Source: an uncultured Actinomycetes bacterium (GTDB lineage Bacteria > Actinomycetota > Thermoleophilia > RBG-16-64-13). From it: a DNA stretch of 64,000 nt. Below, in pieces: positions 41,202 through 52,973 of the stretch. The notes below the pieces were generated by a model. It did not search any database. It saw only the letters and a list, made by a program, of their open reading frames with translations, and was not told the DNA's origin. The translations under genes were made by a program, and so were the position numbers. Every line of letters begins with the position of its first letter. The stretch's first letter is position 1. The stretch covers positions 2,316 to 66,315 of the forward strand of contig CAVQZD010000012.1 in assembly GCA_963718375.1 (NCBI GenBank). Direction: 5' to 3'.

Positions 41202-42713
41202 ATGAACAACGAGACACTCATCAAGCTGACAGGCATCAACAAGTCCTTCGGCCCGACCAAGGCGTTGGTCGACGTGACCCTCGAACTGCGCCGTGGTGAG
41301 GTCAGGGGGCTCATAGGCGAGAACGGCTCGGGCAAGTCTACCCTTGCCACCATCATCGCCGGGGCTCAGCCGGCCGACAGCGGCGAGATGCTCCTTGGCG
41401 GCGAGGCCTACCGTCCGGCCAGCATGCTCGAGGGCGAGCGCAGGGGCGTAGGCATGGTGGTGCAGGAGCTGGGCACCGTCTCGGGCATCAGCATCGCCGA
41501 GAACCTCTACCTAGGACGGCTGCGCGCGTTCGGCAAGCTCGGCTTCGTCAACAGAAGACGCCTGATGAGCACGGCAAGGGCGGCGCTGGCCGACATGGGT
41601 CTTTCGGACATGGATCCTTCGCGCTCCGTAGATTCACTCGACCTCCAAGACAGGAAGCTGGTGGAGGTGGCGCGGGTGATGATCGGCAAGCCCGAGCTCT
41701 TCATCCTCGACGAGACCACCACGGCGCTCTCGCAGCGCGGGCGGGCCATAGTCTACGAGCTCATCAAGAAGCTGAAGGCCGAGAACAAGGCGGTGCTCTT
41801 CGTCTCTCACGATCTCGAGGAGATCATGGAGACGTGCGACGCGGTGACCGTGCTCAGGGATGGGCATCTGGTCGAGAACGTCGACCGCAAGGACTTCAGC
41901 GAGTCCAAGATAAAGCAGCTCATGATCGGTCGCGAGATAGCAGGGTGACTACTACCGCTCCGATTTCGACCCGACCTACGGCGACGAGGTGGTCATGGAT
42001 GTCGACCAACCTCAGCACCGTCAGGGGTCTGTCGGGCTTCTCGATGCAGCTGCACAAGGGCGAGATCCTGGGCATAGGCGGCCTTTCGCACTGCGGCATG
42101 CACGAATTGGGGCGGGCGTTGTTCGGGCTGGAGGAGGCACTGGGTGGCGAGGTGCGCCACGTGGCGTCCGGCTCGGTCATCAAGAGTCGCCAGGGGCGCC
42201 ATGAAGCACGGACTGGCTTATGTGCCCAAGGACCGGGACCGGGAAGCTCTTGTGCTTGCGGCGAGCATCCGGGCCAACATCGCTTCAGCCGGCTACGACA
42301 AGCTGACGGTCGGGCAGAGCATCTTCTTGTCCCCGCGCAAGGAGAAGCGGTACGCGGACGCCCAGATGGACGCATCTGAGCATCAAGTGCGCGTCACGAG
42401 AGCAGTACGTCCAGTTCCTGTCGGGTGGCAACCGCCAGAAGGTGGTGTTCGGAAAGTGGGTGGGCAGGGGCTCGACATCCTGATACTGGATTGCCCCACG
42501 CGTGGTGTGGACATCGGCGTCAAGCACGCGATGTACCAGCTCATGAGCCAGATGAAGAAGGAAGGCAAGTCACTGGTACTCATCTCCGAAGAACTCCCGG
42601 AACTCATCGGCATGAGCGACAGACTGCTCATCTTGAAGGATGGCAGGCAGACGGCGGAGTTCAAACGCAGCCGGGAGCTGACCGAGGCGAAGATAATCGA
42701 CCACATGATCTAG
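41202..42713 (+). CDS. sugar ABC ATP-binding protein (tandem NBD; frameshifts)
   Basis: GENGSGKST, ILDETT, VSHDLEE, ILDCPTRGVDIG, ISEELPEL. Confidence 0.9.
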
Positions 42714-42722
42714 CGGAGGACG

Positions 42723-43756
42723 ATGATGCCGCCGACCGCGCTTGAGAACAAGTTCCGACGAACTCTGCGAGACGTAGTCGCTCAGCCTTCAGGGAGGTTC
42801 GCACGGACCCTGCGAGGGCAGAGCTTCGCTTCTTGACCCCATTGATCCCGCTGGCTGGGCTGTTCTTGGTCGTGGGGATCATGGCCGATCGCTACCAAGG
42901 GCACCTCGATCTCAGCTGGTGAACCTCAAGCTGCTCATCAACCAGTTTGCGACGCTGGCGATAGTGGCCACGTGTTCCAGCTTCATCTTCTCGATGGGCG
43001 GCTTTGACATATCGCTGGGTGCCGTGACCTGTCTGGCGGCGGTGGTGGGAGCGGCGGCGTTGAACGCAGGAGCGGATGCTCCATTGGTGCTTCTGGTGTG
43101 TATGGCCACGGCGGTCGGCGTGTCGCTCTTCAGCGCCTCGTGCATCTCTATCTTCAAGCTGCCGTCCTTCCTCGTCACACTCGCGGTCTACTTGATCCTC
43201 ACTTCGGCCGTCGTCCTGATCATGAAGGGCGAGGAGCGCTGGCTTCTCGAGCGAACACTACGTCGTACTTGGACACCAATGCGGTCAAGCTGGGCGTGTT
43301 GGCCGTCGTCGTAGGTGCTGTCCGCCGTGGTGTTCAACTACATGAAGCTGGGGCGGCAGAACAGGCTCATCGGCGGCAGCCAGACGGTGGCGCGCTACAC
43401 GGGTATGTCGATACCCAGGAACATGCTGCTCTCGTTCCTGATAAGCGGCCTCGGCATAGGCATAGCCGCGTTCCTGCTGATGGGGCAGGTCGGGCTCGGT
43501 CTCTGTCCAGACTGGCCAGGCGTATGGCTTCGACGTCATCATAGCCATCGTGCTGGGTGGCATGCCGATCTCCGGCGGCGCTCGCTCGCGCATCACGGCC
43601 GGCGTCGTGGGGGCGTTCACCCTCACCGCCTTCAACAATGGTCTCGTGATCCTGGGCGCCGAGGTCGGGATGCTACAGGTGACTCGAGGTGCACTCTTCT
43701 TGATAGTCGTTTCGTTGTTGATGGCTCGACAGAGAGAGCGTCTCCTTGCGAAATAG
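42723..43756 (+). CDS. sugar ABC permease (frameshifts)
   Basis: GGFDISLGA, LPSFLVTL, AIVLGGMPISGG. Confidence 0.82.
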
Positions 43757-43773
43757 GTCCTCTCGGAGGTGGA

Positions 43774-44776
43774 ATGCGGTGCAGCAGAACAAGGCACTGA
43801 GAAGTTACTGAAGAAGATAGTGATGTCGCTGTGGATACCGGCGCTGATGTTCGCCATCTTCCAGGTGGCGTGCAGCCGCCAAAGGGATCGACTACCTTCA
43901 CGGCGGCGGTCATGAGGAACTTCTTCCTCAACGTGGTCACCGGAGCGTTCATCGCTTGGGGTCTGATGTTCAACATACCCGCGCACAGATGGGACTTCAG
44001 CGTAGGGGCCATCATGGTGCTATCCGCGATCATCGGCGGGCAGTTGGCTTTGGCTTGGGGGCTGAACGGATACGGACTGCTGCTCTGCTGCCTCGTGGTC
44101 GGAGCCGTCTTGGGGGCGATATCGGGGCTGATATACGTTCTGCTGGGCCTGTCCGCCTTCGTGACTTCACTCGGCGTAGCGCTCGTATTCGAGGCATTCA
44201 GCTACATAATGCTACGGCGGTGGCGGTGTCAATCTCATCGGCCAGACCGACATGCTGTTCATGACCAAGGCTCCGCACTTGTACATCCTCTTGGGCGCCG
44301 GAATGGTGATAATGATCATCTTGGTCAACTACACCAGGTTCGGCTACAGCACGCGGGCGATAGCGTTCGGACAGAGCGTAGCCGTCCAGCGAGGACTGCG
44401 CGAGAAGCCTGACGCGATCATCTGCTATGCGCTATGCGGGACCATGGTAGCCATCGCAGCGATGCTCGCAATGTCAAGGACCGGTTCCGCGCGCGCCATG
44501 CTGGGTTTGACCTCCATCCCGCCGATGTTCCAGGGCTTCTTGCCGGTGTTCATAGGACGGGTCATCCAGAAACACAGCGAGCCGGTGACGGCCATCCTGA
44601 TCGGCGCGTTCACAGCCTCGCTCATGGTCGCCGGCTTCGCGGCCCTGGGCTTCTCGCCGGCCACTCAGCACATCTTCGTCGCCGTGGCCCTTCTGATATT
44701 CCTGACGGCTGGTCTGAAGCAAGGCGCGGTTGCTGAATGGCGGTTCAAGAGGAAGCGGGCAGAGGAGCTGGCTTGA
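43774..44776 (+). CDS. sugar ABC permease (frameshifts)
   Basis: RWDFSVGA, LSAFVTSLG, YTRFGYSTRAI; hydrophobic segments. Confidence 0.78.
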
Positions 44777-47261
44777 CGGCTGGTGAAGCGGAGCCGCAGC
44801 TGGAAGCGGCGATCGCGGAGCGGATAGCTGCGCTCACGCTCGCAGAGAAGGTCCGGCTACTCACGTGCGCCCGACTTCTCCGGTCTGCATTCAGAGCCCA
44901 AGATCGGCCTCAAGCGGATGGTGGTGTCGGACGGTCCGGCCGGTGTGCGAGGCCATGACTGGGACGAGCGCGACCCCTCGCAGAACATCCCCTGCCCCAC
45001 TGCGCTGGGCGCGACTTGGGACGCGGCGCTGGTGGAGCGGATGACCGACATCATGGCTCACGACGCTCGCGACAAACACGTGGACCTGACCTTGGCTCCG
45101 TGCGTCAACCTGTGTCGCAGCCCCTACGCGGGCCGGTTCTTCGAGTATTTCAGCGAGGATCCCCTGTTGACTGGGGTATTGGGCGCCGGCTACGTCAGCG
45201 GTCTGCAGAGGCTGGGCATCGCCGCCACCGTGAAGCATTTTGTCGCCAATGACTCCGAGACGGAGCGGCACACCGTGGACGTGGTCGTAGACGAGCGGAC
45301 TCTGCGCGAGGTCTACATGCTGCCGTTCGAGCTCATAGTCCGCCTTGCCGATCCCTGGCTCATCATGTCGGCCTACAACCTGGTGAACGGCGCCCCGATG
45401 TCAGAGAGTCCTATGCTTCGTGAGGTGATCAAAGAGGAGTGGGGCTACAGCGGATACATCATGTCCGACTTCTTGGCCGTGAAGCCTGACGTCGCGGCTG
45501 CCGCGGGAGGTTTGGACATCGCCATGCCGTGGCCGCGCGGCGCCAAGTGGGACGACATCGTCATCAAGGCAGTCAAGGACGGCGAGCTCGACGAGGCGGT
45601 GATAGACGACAAGATCGTCCGGCTGATGCGCTTGGCCTACCGGTGCGGCAAGCTGGAGGGATTCCCCGAGAGATCTCCAGCGCCAACAAGGGACAAAGCG
45701 GCGGGAAGCCCTCGACTTGCGAGAGGCCGCGGCGGCGAGCTTCGTGCTCGCGCGCAATGCCGGGCAGGTGCTTCCGCTCGACAAGGCGACTCTGGGTTCG
45801 GTGGCCGTGATCGGTCCGAACGCTCTTCACGGCAAGGCCGGCGGCAATGGCAGCGCCAAGGTGTATCCGGTGCACGTGGTGTCACCGTTGGAGGGGATAA
45901 CGAACGCCCTGGCTGGTCATGCCGACGTGCGGTTCGCCGAGGGTGTGCGTCCCTTCGCCTGGCATCCGGTGGCGCGGGCCCCGTGGCTGAAGCAGCCGGA
46001 CCGGGACGAAGACGGAGTCTTGGTGGAGTTCCTGGGTGCCGATGGTTCGGCGCTCGGCAGTGAACGCAGGAACACCGGCGAGTACGCGTGGATAGGTCAT
46101 TTCGGTGCTAGCGTCGAGGCCACAGCCGTCGCCTGGGTCAGGGTACGCGCGCATATCGTGGCGCAGGAGACTGGCGAGCACCAACTGGGGGTGTCCGGGG
46201 TCGGGCACTACCGCTTCAGTCTCGACGGCCAAGAGATGATGGATGAGCATCTGGCGCTGGCTCTGGGCGCTGATATCACCGAGGGGTTCTCGTTCCCGCC
46301 GCAGCGGATGTTCCCGCTGCGGATGACAGAGGGTCAGGCTCTGGAGCTGGAGATCGTTCACCAGGTAGGCACGTTCAGACCGGGCAGCAGACTCTCGATG
46401 TTCCAGATCAGAATGGTCACGCCCGCCGGCAGTGAAGACGACGAACTCGAGCGGGCAGTCCGGCTGGCTGCCGACTCGGACGCGGCCATAGTGGTGCTGG
46501 GTAACGACGCATATGCTGATGCCGAGGGACTCGACCGGGCCGATCTGAAGCTCCCGGGCCGCCAGGATGAACTAGCGAGGCGGGTGGCGGAGGTGAACCC
46601 GCGCACGGTGGTGGTGCTGAATGCGGCGTCCCCCGTCCTGCTCCCGTGGGCAGAAGAGGTGCCGGCGGTCCTCTTGGCTTGGTTGCCGGGGCAGGAATTG
46701 GGCAACGCCCTAGCCGACGTGCTGTTCGGCGATCGCGAGTCCGGGGGACGGCTCCCCTTCAGCTGGCCGCGCGACGAAGCGAGTATGGCGCCGGTGAGAC
46801 CCATCGACGGCAGGTTGCCCTACGACGAGGGGCTGCATATCGGCTACCGTGGCTACGACCACGACGGCCGTGAGCCTCACTACGCGTTCGGTCACGGACT
46901 GGGCTACACGGACTGGGATTACGTGCGGGCTGACGTGGCGCTCTCCGCGAGCGCGGACGCTGACGAAGTCACCGTCACGGTGCAGGTCCGCAACACCGGC
47001 GCTCGCAGCGGCAGGGAGACGATACAGGTGTATCTCTCGAAGCCGGACAGCGCCGTAGAGCGCCCGGTGAAGTGGCTGGCCGGATTCGCGATCGTGTCCG
47101 CCGAGCCCGGCGAAGAAGTGACCGCCACGGTGCGGCTCGACGAGACGAGTCTGCGGCACTGGGCTCCAGGTGGTTGGCAAGTGGAGCCGGGCAAGTACGT
47201 CGTTCAAGTGGGGCGGTCATCGCGCGACATCAGACTTGCGCAAGACATCCGGTTGGACTGA
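44773..47261 (+). CDS. glycoside hydrolase family 3 (beta-glucosidase/xylosidase; PA14-like insert and Fn3 domain; frameshifts)
   Basis: LTLAEKV, SDGPAGVRG, GRFFEYFSEDP, KHFVAND, MSAYN, IMSDF, FGHGLGYT. Confidence 0.9.
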
Positions 47262-47392
47262 CGGGCGGGGCGCGGTGCTATACTGGCAACCCGGTGCTTC
47301 GCACCAGCCGCCCCCTCTTTTCGGACACAGGCTGCTGGTAGTACGCGCCCTGTGGGGGCCAGTAGTTTGCGGTGGTCTGTAGGAGGCTCGGG

Positions 47393-48144
47393 TTGATCCG
47401 ATACGATGCCCGCGAGGCAGCGTTCTATCGGCAGAAGCTGATCGAGAGAGTACAAGCGGACGTCCGCGAGTGCTATCAGTGCGGCAATTGCACAGCCAGT
47501 TGCCCGGCCGCCTTCACCTACGATCTGATGCCCAACCAGATGATGCGCATGCTGCAGGTGGGCATGATCGACGAGGTGCTCGACTCCAAGTCGATACAAC
47601 TATGTGTGCAGTGCCTCACCTGCACGGCCCGTTGCCCCCGCAACATCGAAGTCGCCGGCATCTTTGAAGAGCTCAAGACCGTCGTGGTCGCTCAGGAGCG
47701 CAAGGTGCCCGAGCACGTCAAGACCTTCAACAAGGTCTTCATGGACGCGGTCGCGAGGTTCGGCAGGTTGCCTGAGTTCTACGACATGGCCCGCTTCTAC
47801 GCCGGCACCCTGAATCCGAAGATGGCGCTGGGCAACGTGGGCCTGATGGGCCCGGTGATGGCCCGGCGCAAGATGCCGCTGCTGCCCCGCAAGGCCAAGG
47901 GCGCCGACGAGGTGGGCCGCATCTACAAGAAGACCATGAAGCTGGCCAAGCAGCGCGCTGAGGCCGAATCCAAGGCGCGCGCCTGCCTAGCCGTGGACGA
48001 GACCGCCGCGCGCGCGGCCGCCAAGGCGGCGCACGGCGCCCCTGCGAGTGCGGCCAGGTGCACGGCGCGGGCGAGGCTTGTGCAGCGGGCGTGGGCGCTG
48101 GCGGCGCCGACGCCAACGGGGGCGCGACGGGAGCCGCCGCATGA
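47393..48144 (+). CDS. hdrC: heterodisulfide reductase subunit C (Ala-rich tail, probable late frameshift)
   Basis: AGGAGG plus TTG; CYQCGNCTASCP and CVQCLTCTARCP. Confidence 0.85.
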
Positions 48145-49169
48145 CCCTGGCCTATTACCCCGGCTGCTCACTGCGTCACTCCTCTGAGGAGTTCGACCAC
48201 TCCACCCGCGAGGTGCTGAAAGGCCTGGGCGTGGAGTACACCGAGGTGCCCGACTGGACCTGCTGCGGCTCGACGCCGGCGCACATGATGGACCATCTGC
48301 TGGCTCAGTCGCTCGCCGCGCGCAACCTGCGCCAGGCGGCCGAGGTGGGTGACGAGCTGCTCGCTCCGTGCCCCTCCTGCTATCAGCGCCAGAAGAACGC
48401 GGAGATGGAGATCCACGGGAGCGACGCCTTCAGGGCCGAAGTGAACGAGATGCTCGACAAGCCCTACGACGGTCGCGTGACCGTCTACGCGCTGCCCGAG
48501 TACCTGACGAAGTTCGTGGGCGAGGAGAGGATCGCGGCGCAGGTCAAGACCGACCTCTCGCAGCTCAAGGTGGTGCCCTACTACGGCTGCCTGCTCGGCC
48601 GCCCGGTGGACATGATCGGCGAGGTCGACCAAGAGCAGCCCATGATGATGGACCTGCTGCTGCAGGCCGCCGGCGCCGACGTCAAGTGGTGGAACTACAA
48701 GACCGAGTGCTGCGGCGCCAGCGTGGGCCTGCCCAAAGAAGAGATCCAACGCCAGCTGAGCGGCAAGGTCATCGAGCAGGCGCTGGCGGCCGGTGCGGAC
48801 GCCATAGTGGTCTGCTGCCCGCTCTGCCACGTCAACCTGGACCTCAAGCAGGGCCAGATCAACAAGGCCCTGGGCACGGACTACAAGGTGCCCATCCTGT
48901 ATCTGTCGCAGGTGCTGGGTCTTGCCTTCGGCCTGAGCGAAGACGAGGTCATGCTGCAGAAGAACATCGTCGACCCGCGGCCGCTGGTGAAGCAGGCCAT
49001 CGCCGAGGGTATCCGCGTCAAGGCCGAGGAGGAGCGCAAGGCCGCCGACAAGGCTGCTAAGGACGCGGCGCGGGCCGCGAAGGCCGCCACCGACGGCGAC
49101 GCCGCCCCAGCCAAGGCCGCCGCGCCGGGCGACGCCCCAGCCGCCGCCCCCGAAGGCGGTGCCGCATGA
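48141..49169 (+). CDS. hdrB: heterodisulfide reductase subunit B
   Basis: YYPGCSL, WTCCG, PCPSC, YYGCLL, ECCG, CPLC (two CCG domains). Confidence 0.92.
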   Translation: MTLAYYPGCSLRHSSEEFDHSTREVLKGLGVEYTEVPDWTCCGSTPAHMMDHLLAQSLAARNLRQAAEVGDELLAPCPSCYQRQKNAEMEIHGSDAFRAEVNEMLDKPYDGRVTVYALPEYLTKFVGEERIAAQVKTDLSQLKVVPYYGCLLGRPVDMIGEVDQEQPMMMDLLLQAAGADVKWWNYKTECCGASVGLPKEEIQRQLSGKVIEQALAAGADAIVVCCPLCHVNLDLKQGQINKALGTDYKVPILYLSQVLGLAFGLSEDEVMLQKNIVDPRPLVKQAIAEGIRVKAEEERKAADKAAKDAARAAKAATDGDAAPAKAAAPGDAPAAAPEGGAA

Positions 49170-51130
49170 GGATAGGCGTCTTCGTCTGCCACTGCGGCAC
49201 CAACATCGCCGGCACGGTGGATGTGGCTGAGCTCGCCGAGAGGGCGCTCACCCTCAAGGACGTGGTGCACGCCGACCATCCCATGTACACGTGCTCGGAG
49301 CCCGGTCAGGCTTCTATCCAGGACGCCATCCGCGACAAGCACCTCGACCGTGTGGTCGTGGCCGCCTGCTCGCCGCACATGCACGAGGTGACCTTCCGCC
49401 GCTGTGTGGAGGCGGCCGGTCTGAACCCCTATATGTACGAGATGGCCAACATCCGCGAGCACTGCTCCTGGATCCATCCCGATATGGCCGTAGGCACCGA
49501 GAAGGCGTGGGACATCATCAAGATGGCCGTGGCCAAGGTCCGGCAGTTGGAGCCTCTCTACTCGAACGAGGTGGAGGTCAACAAGGACGTCTTGGTGATC
49601 GGCGGCGGCGTGGCGGGTATCCAGGCCGCGCTCGACCTGGCCGACGCCGGCCTCAAGGTCACCATCGTGGAGAAAGAGACCACCATCGGCGGCACGATGG
49701 CCAAGCTGGACAAGACCTTCCCCACCATCGACTGCTCGGCCTGCATCCTCACGCCGCGCATGGTGGACTGCGCGCAGCACGAGAACATCGACGTCATGGC
49801 CTACTGCGAGATCGAGAAAGTCGCGGGCTATGTGGGCAACTTCACCGTGGATATCCGCAAGAAGGCCAGCATGGTCGATTGGACCAAGTGCATCGGCTGC
49901 GAGATCTGCGTGCAGAAGTGTCCTAGCAAGGCGCCCGATACTTTCAACGCCGGCCTCGAGCAGACCAAGGCCATCTACATCCCGTTCCCGCAGGCGGTGC
50001 CCAAGCGGGCGGCTATCCAGGTGGACTACTGCCGCTACTTCCAGAGTGGCAAGTGCAAGGTCTGCGAGCGGGTGTGTCCTGCGGACGCCATCGATTACGA
50101 GCAGAAGGAACAGATCGTCCAGAAGGAGTTCGGAGCGATAGTGGTGGCTACCGGCCTGGACGTGTTCGACTGGCAGGCGGGCTATCCGGAGTACGGCCAG
50201 GGCAAGATCAAGGACGTCATCTCGGGCCTGCAGTACGAGCGCATGCTCAACGCCTCGGGCCCCTCGGGCGGCCACGTGCACCGCATCAGTAACGGCGAGG
50301 ACCCCAAGACCGTGGTCTTCATACAGTGCGTGGGCTCGCGCGACGAGTCGGTCAACCGGCCCTACTGCTCGGGCGTGTGCTGCATGTACACGGCCAAGCA
50401 GGCGCTGCTGACCAAGGACCACGTGGGCATGGACACCGAGGTCTACGTCTTCTATATAGACATCCGCGCGAACGGCAAGGGTTACGAGGAGTTCGTCAAG
50501 CGCGTGCAGACCGAGTTCGGCGTCAAGTACGTGCGCGGCCGCGTGAGCAAGCTCTACGAAGAGGACGGCAAGGTCATGGTGCGCGGCACCGACACCCTGC
50601 TGGGTGAGCAGGTGGAGGTGGCCGCCGACCTGGTGGTGCTGGCCACCGGCATCGAGGCCGCCCCGGGTGCCAAGGAGCTCGCGCAGAAGCTCAACATCAG
50701 CTACGACGAGTTCGGCTTTCTCAAAGAGGGCCATCCCAAGCTGCGCCCGGTCGAGACCAACACGGCCGGCGTCTTCTTGGCCGGCGTCTGCCAGGCGCCC
50801 AAGGATATTCCCGCCACGGTGGCGCAGGCCTCGGGTACGGCATCGAAGGTCATGGGTCTGCTGGCCAAGGACAAGCTCAAGACCAGCCCGATGATCGCGG
50901 TCGTGGACCAGAAGGACTGCGTGAGTTGCTGGAAGTGCATCGAGGTCTGCCCGTTCAGCGCGCCCGAGAAGCAGGAGCAGCGCGACGGCAGCTTCAAGAG
51001 TCATGTGATCGAGACGGTCTGCCAGGGCTGCGGCGTGTGCGTGGCCAACTGCCCGGTGAACTGCATCTCGCTGAAGGGCTTCACCACCGACGCCCTTATC
51101 GATCAGCTGGAAGAGGTCCTACTCTCGTAA
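49166..51130 (+). CDS. hdrA: heterodisulfide reductase subunit A
   Basis: IGVFVCHCGTNIAG, ANIREHCSW, GGGVAGI, LDKTFPTIDCSAC, QCVGSRD, YCSGVCCMY. Confidence 0.95.
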   Translation: MRIGVFVCHCGTNIAGTVDVAELAERALTLKDVVHADHPMYTCSEPGQASIQDAIRDKHLDRVVVAACSPHMHEVTFRRCVEAAGLNPYMYEMANIREHCSWIHPDMAVGTEKAWDIIKMAVAKVRQLEPLYSNEVEVNKDVLVIGGGVAGIQAALDLADAGLKVTIVEKETTIGGTMAKLDKTFPTIDCSACILTPRMVDCAQHENIDVMAYCEIEKVAGYVGNFTVDIRKKASMVDWTKCIGCEICVQKCPSKAPDTFNAGLEQTKAIYIPFPQAVPKRAAIQVDYCRYFQSGKCKVCERVCPADAIDYEQKEQIVQKEFGAIVVATGLDVFDWQAGYPEYGQGKIKDVISGLQYERMLNASGPSGGHVHRISNGEDPKTVVFIQCVGSRDESVNRPYCSGVCCMYTAKQALLTKDHVGMDTEVYVFYIDIRANGKGYEEFVKRVQTEFGVKYVRGRVSKLYEEDGKVMVRGTDTLLGEQVEVAADLVVLATGIEAAPGAKELAQKLNISYDEFGFLKEGHPKLRPVETNTAGVFLAGVCQAPKDIPATVAQASGTASKVMGLLAKDKLKTSPMIAVVDQKDCVSCWKCIEVCPFSAPEKQEQRDGSFKSHVIETVCQGCGVCVANCPVNCISLKGFTTDALIDQLEEVLLS

Positions 51131-51170
51131 AGGCGCCGTCGCATGCTGAGACTCTTGCACGACGCACGAC

Positions 51171-51195
51171 TATCGTATATCGTAGATACACGATA
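51171..51195. promoter_or_regulatory. ArsR-type operator
   Basis: tatcgtatatc-gta-gatacacgata 11-3-11 inverted repeat (1 mismatch) just upstream of arsR. Confidence 0.7.
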
Positions 51196-51215
51196 AACAG
51201 CGTGGGGAGTGCATC

Positions 51216-51494
51216 ATGTCAGACAACACCGAAGACGAGGAACTGGCCCAGTTGGCCAAGGCCATCAGTCACCCGGTGCGCATCCGCATTCTGCGGTTGC
51301 TCGCGGCACAGCCGGGCTGCGTGTGCGGCGCGATATTCCGCGAGATACCGCTGGCTCAGTCCACCATCTCGCAGCATCTAAGAGTACTCAAGGAGGCGGG
51401 CCTCATCGAAGGGGAGCTCGACCTTCCCCGGATCTGCTATTGCGCCAGGACTGACGCCATCTTGCGTCTCAAGCAGCTGATGTCGACGCTATGA
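51216..51494 (+). CDS. arsR: ArsR/SmtB metalloregulator
   Basis: [35 protein letters not shown]. Confidence 0.9.
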   Translation: MSDNTEDEELAQLAKAISHPVRIRILRLLAAQPGCVCGAIFREIPLAQSTISQHLRVLKEAGLIEGELDLPRICYCARTDAILRLKQLMSTL

Positions 51495-52628
51495 AGCGCC
51501 TGTCTTTCCTCGACCGCTATCTGACCCTCTGGATCTTCCTGGCCATGGGCATCGGTGTGGCGGCCGGCTATCTGTGGCCGGCGATCGGCCGGGCGATCGA
51601 GAGCGCTTCCGTTGGCACCACGTCCATCCCCATCGCCATCGGTCTCATCGTCATGATGTATCCGCCGCTGGCCAAGGTGCATTACGAGGAGCTCGGGGAT
51701 GTGTTCCGCAACTGGCGGATCCTGCGCCTATCGCTCATCCAGAACTGGGTCATCGGGCCCTCTGCTCATGTTCTTCTTGGCCATCCTCATGCTCTTCGAC
51801 AAGCCCGGTCTCATGCAGGGCGTCATCATGATCGGTCTGGCCCGCTGCATCGCCATGGTGATCGTGTGGAACGACCTGGCCAAGGGCGACCGGGAGTACG
51901 CCGCGGGTCTGGTGGCCTTCAACTCGGTCTTCCAGGTGCTCTTCTACTCGGTGTACGCGTACGTGTTCCTCACGGTGCTACCTGGCTGGTTCGGGCTGGA
52001 GGGCACAGCCGTGGACGTGTCCATGGCCGAGATCGCCGAGAGCGTGGCCATCTATCTGGGCATCCCGTTTGTGGCCGGCATACTCACGCGGGTGGTGCTG
52101 CTCAGGTTCAAGAGCAAGGAGTGGTACGAGAGGGAGTTCATCCCCCGCATCAGCCCCATCACCCTGATCGCGCTGCTGTTCACCATCCTTGTGATGTTCT
52201 CGCTGAAAGGCGAGATCATCGTGCAGTTGCCGTTGGATGTTCTGCGGGTGGCCGCTCCGCTTCTGGTCTACTTCGTGGTGATGTTCCTGGTGAGTTTCTA
52301 CATGGGCAAGAAGGTGGGCGCCGACTACAGCAAGAGCACGACGCTGGCCTTCACTGCCGCCTCCAACAACTTCGAGTTAGCCATCGCCGTGGCGGTCGCG
52401 GTGTTCGGGCTGAGGTCGGCGCAGGCTTTTGCGGCTGTGATCGGGCCTTTGGTGGAGGTGCCGGTGATGATAGGGCTCGTGAACGTGGCCTTCTGGTTCC
52501 AGCGCCGCTACTGGGGCAGCAAGGGCGTGGAGGTGGAGGCGGCGGCCGGTGTCGAAGCCGGCGACCTGGGCTGCCCGACGGTGATCGGTAGCGGGACTGA
52601 GACGACGAGGGAGACTCGAGAAGAGTGA
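51491..52628 (+). CDS. acr3: arsenite efflux transporter Acr3 (frameshift about 51760)
   Basis: [51 protein letters not shown]. Confidence 0.92.
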
Positions 52629-52973
52629 TGGGCGAAACGGATACGCCGGGTGCCAGCCGCGAGGTCGTGCGCCAACGGTGCCTTCGGACACACGCATGCA
52701 GTGTCTGGCAGCGCCGTTTGGGGCGGCGTCGTTAGGGCACGCGGACTCCGCGGTGTCGCGCGGCCGAGGAGGTGACCAGCCGGGCGGCGCTACGCGACGC
52801 CTCGGGTCCGGCACAGGAGGTCGCGCTGGCAGTCTGTGCGGGTGGCCTACGAACTTCAAGGCGGTGGACCGCGGCCGTGCTCGCGTCCGGACTCCGGCTT
52901 CTCTGGCCGAGGCGGTCCGCCCGGGCGCAGCGTTCGGCGACGCTCCTCACATAATGGGTGATAATAGAATCCG

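Noticed and set aside
48881-51004. Long antisense ORFs (707 aa here; also 4551-5999, 30079-31563, 57286-58761)
   Set aside because: Shadows of high-GC3 sense genes with no domain motifs
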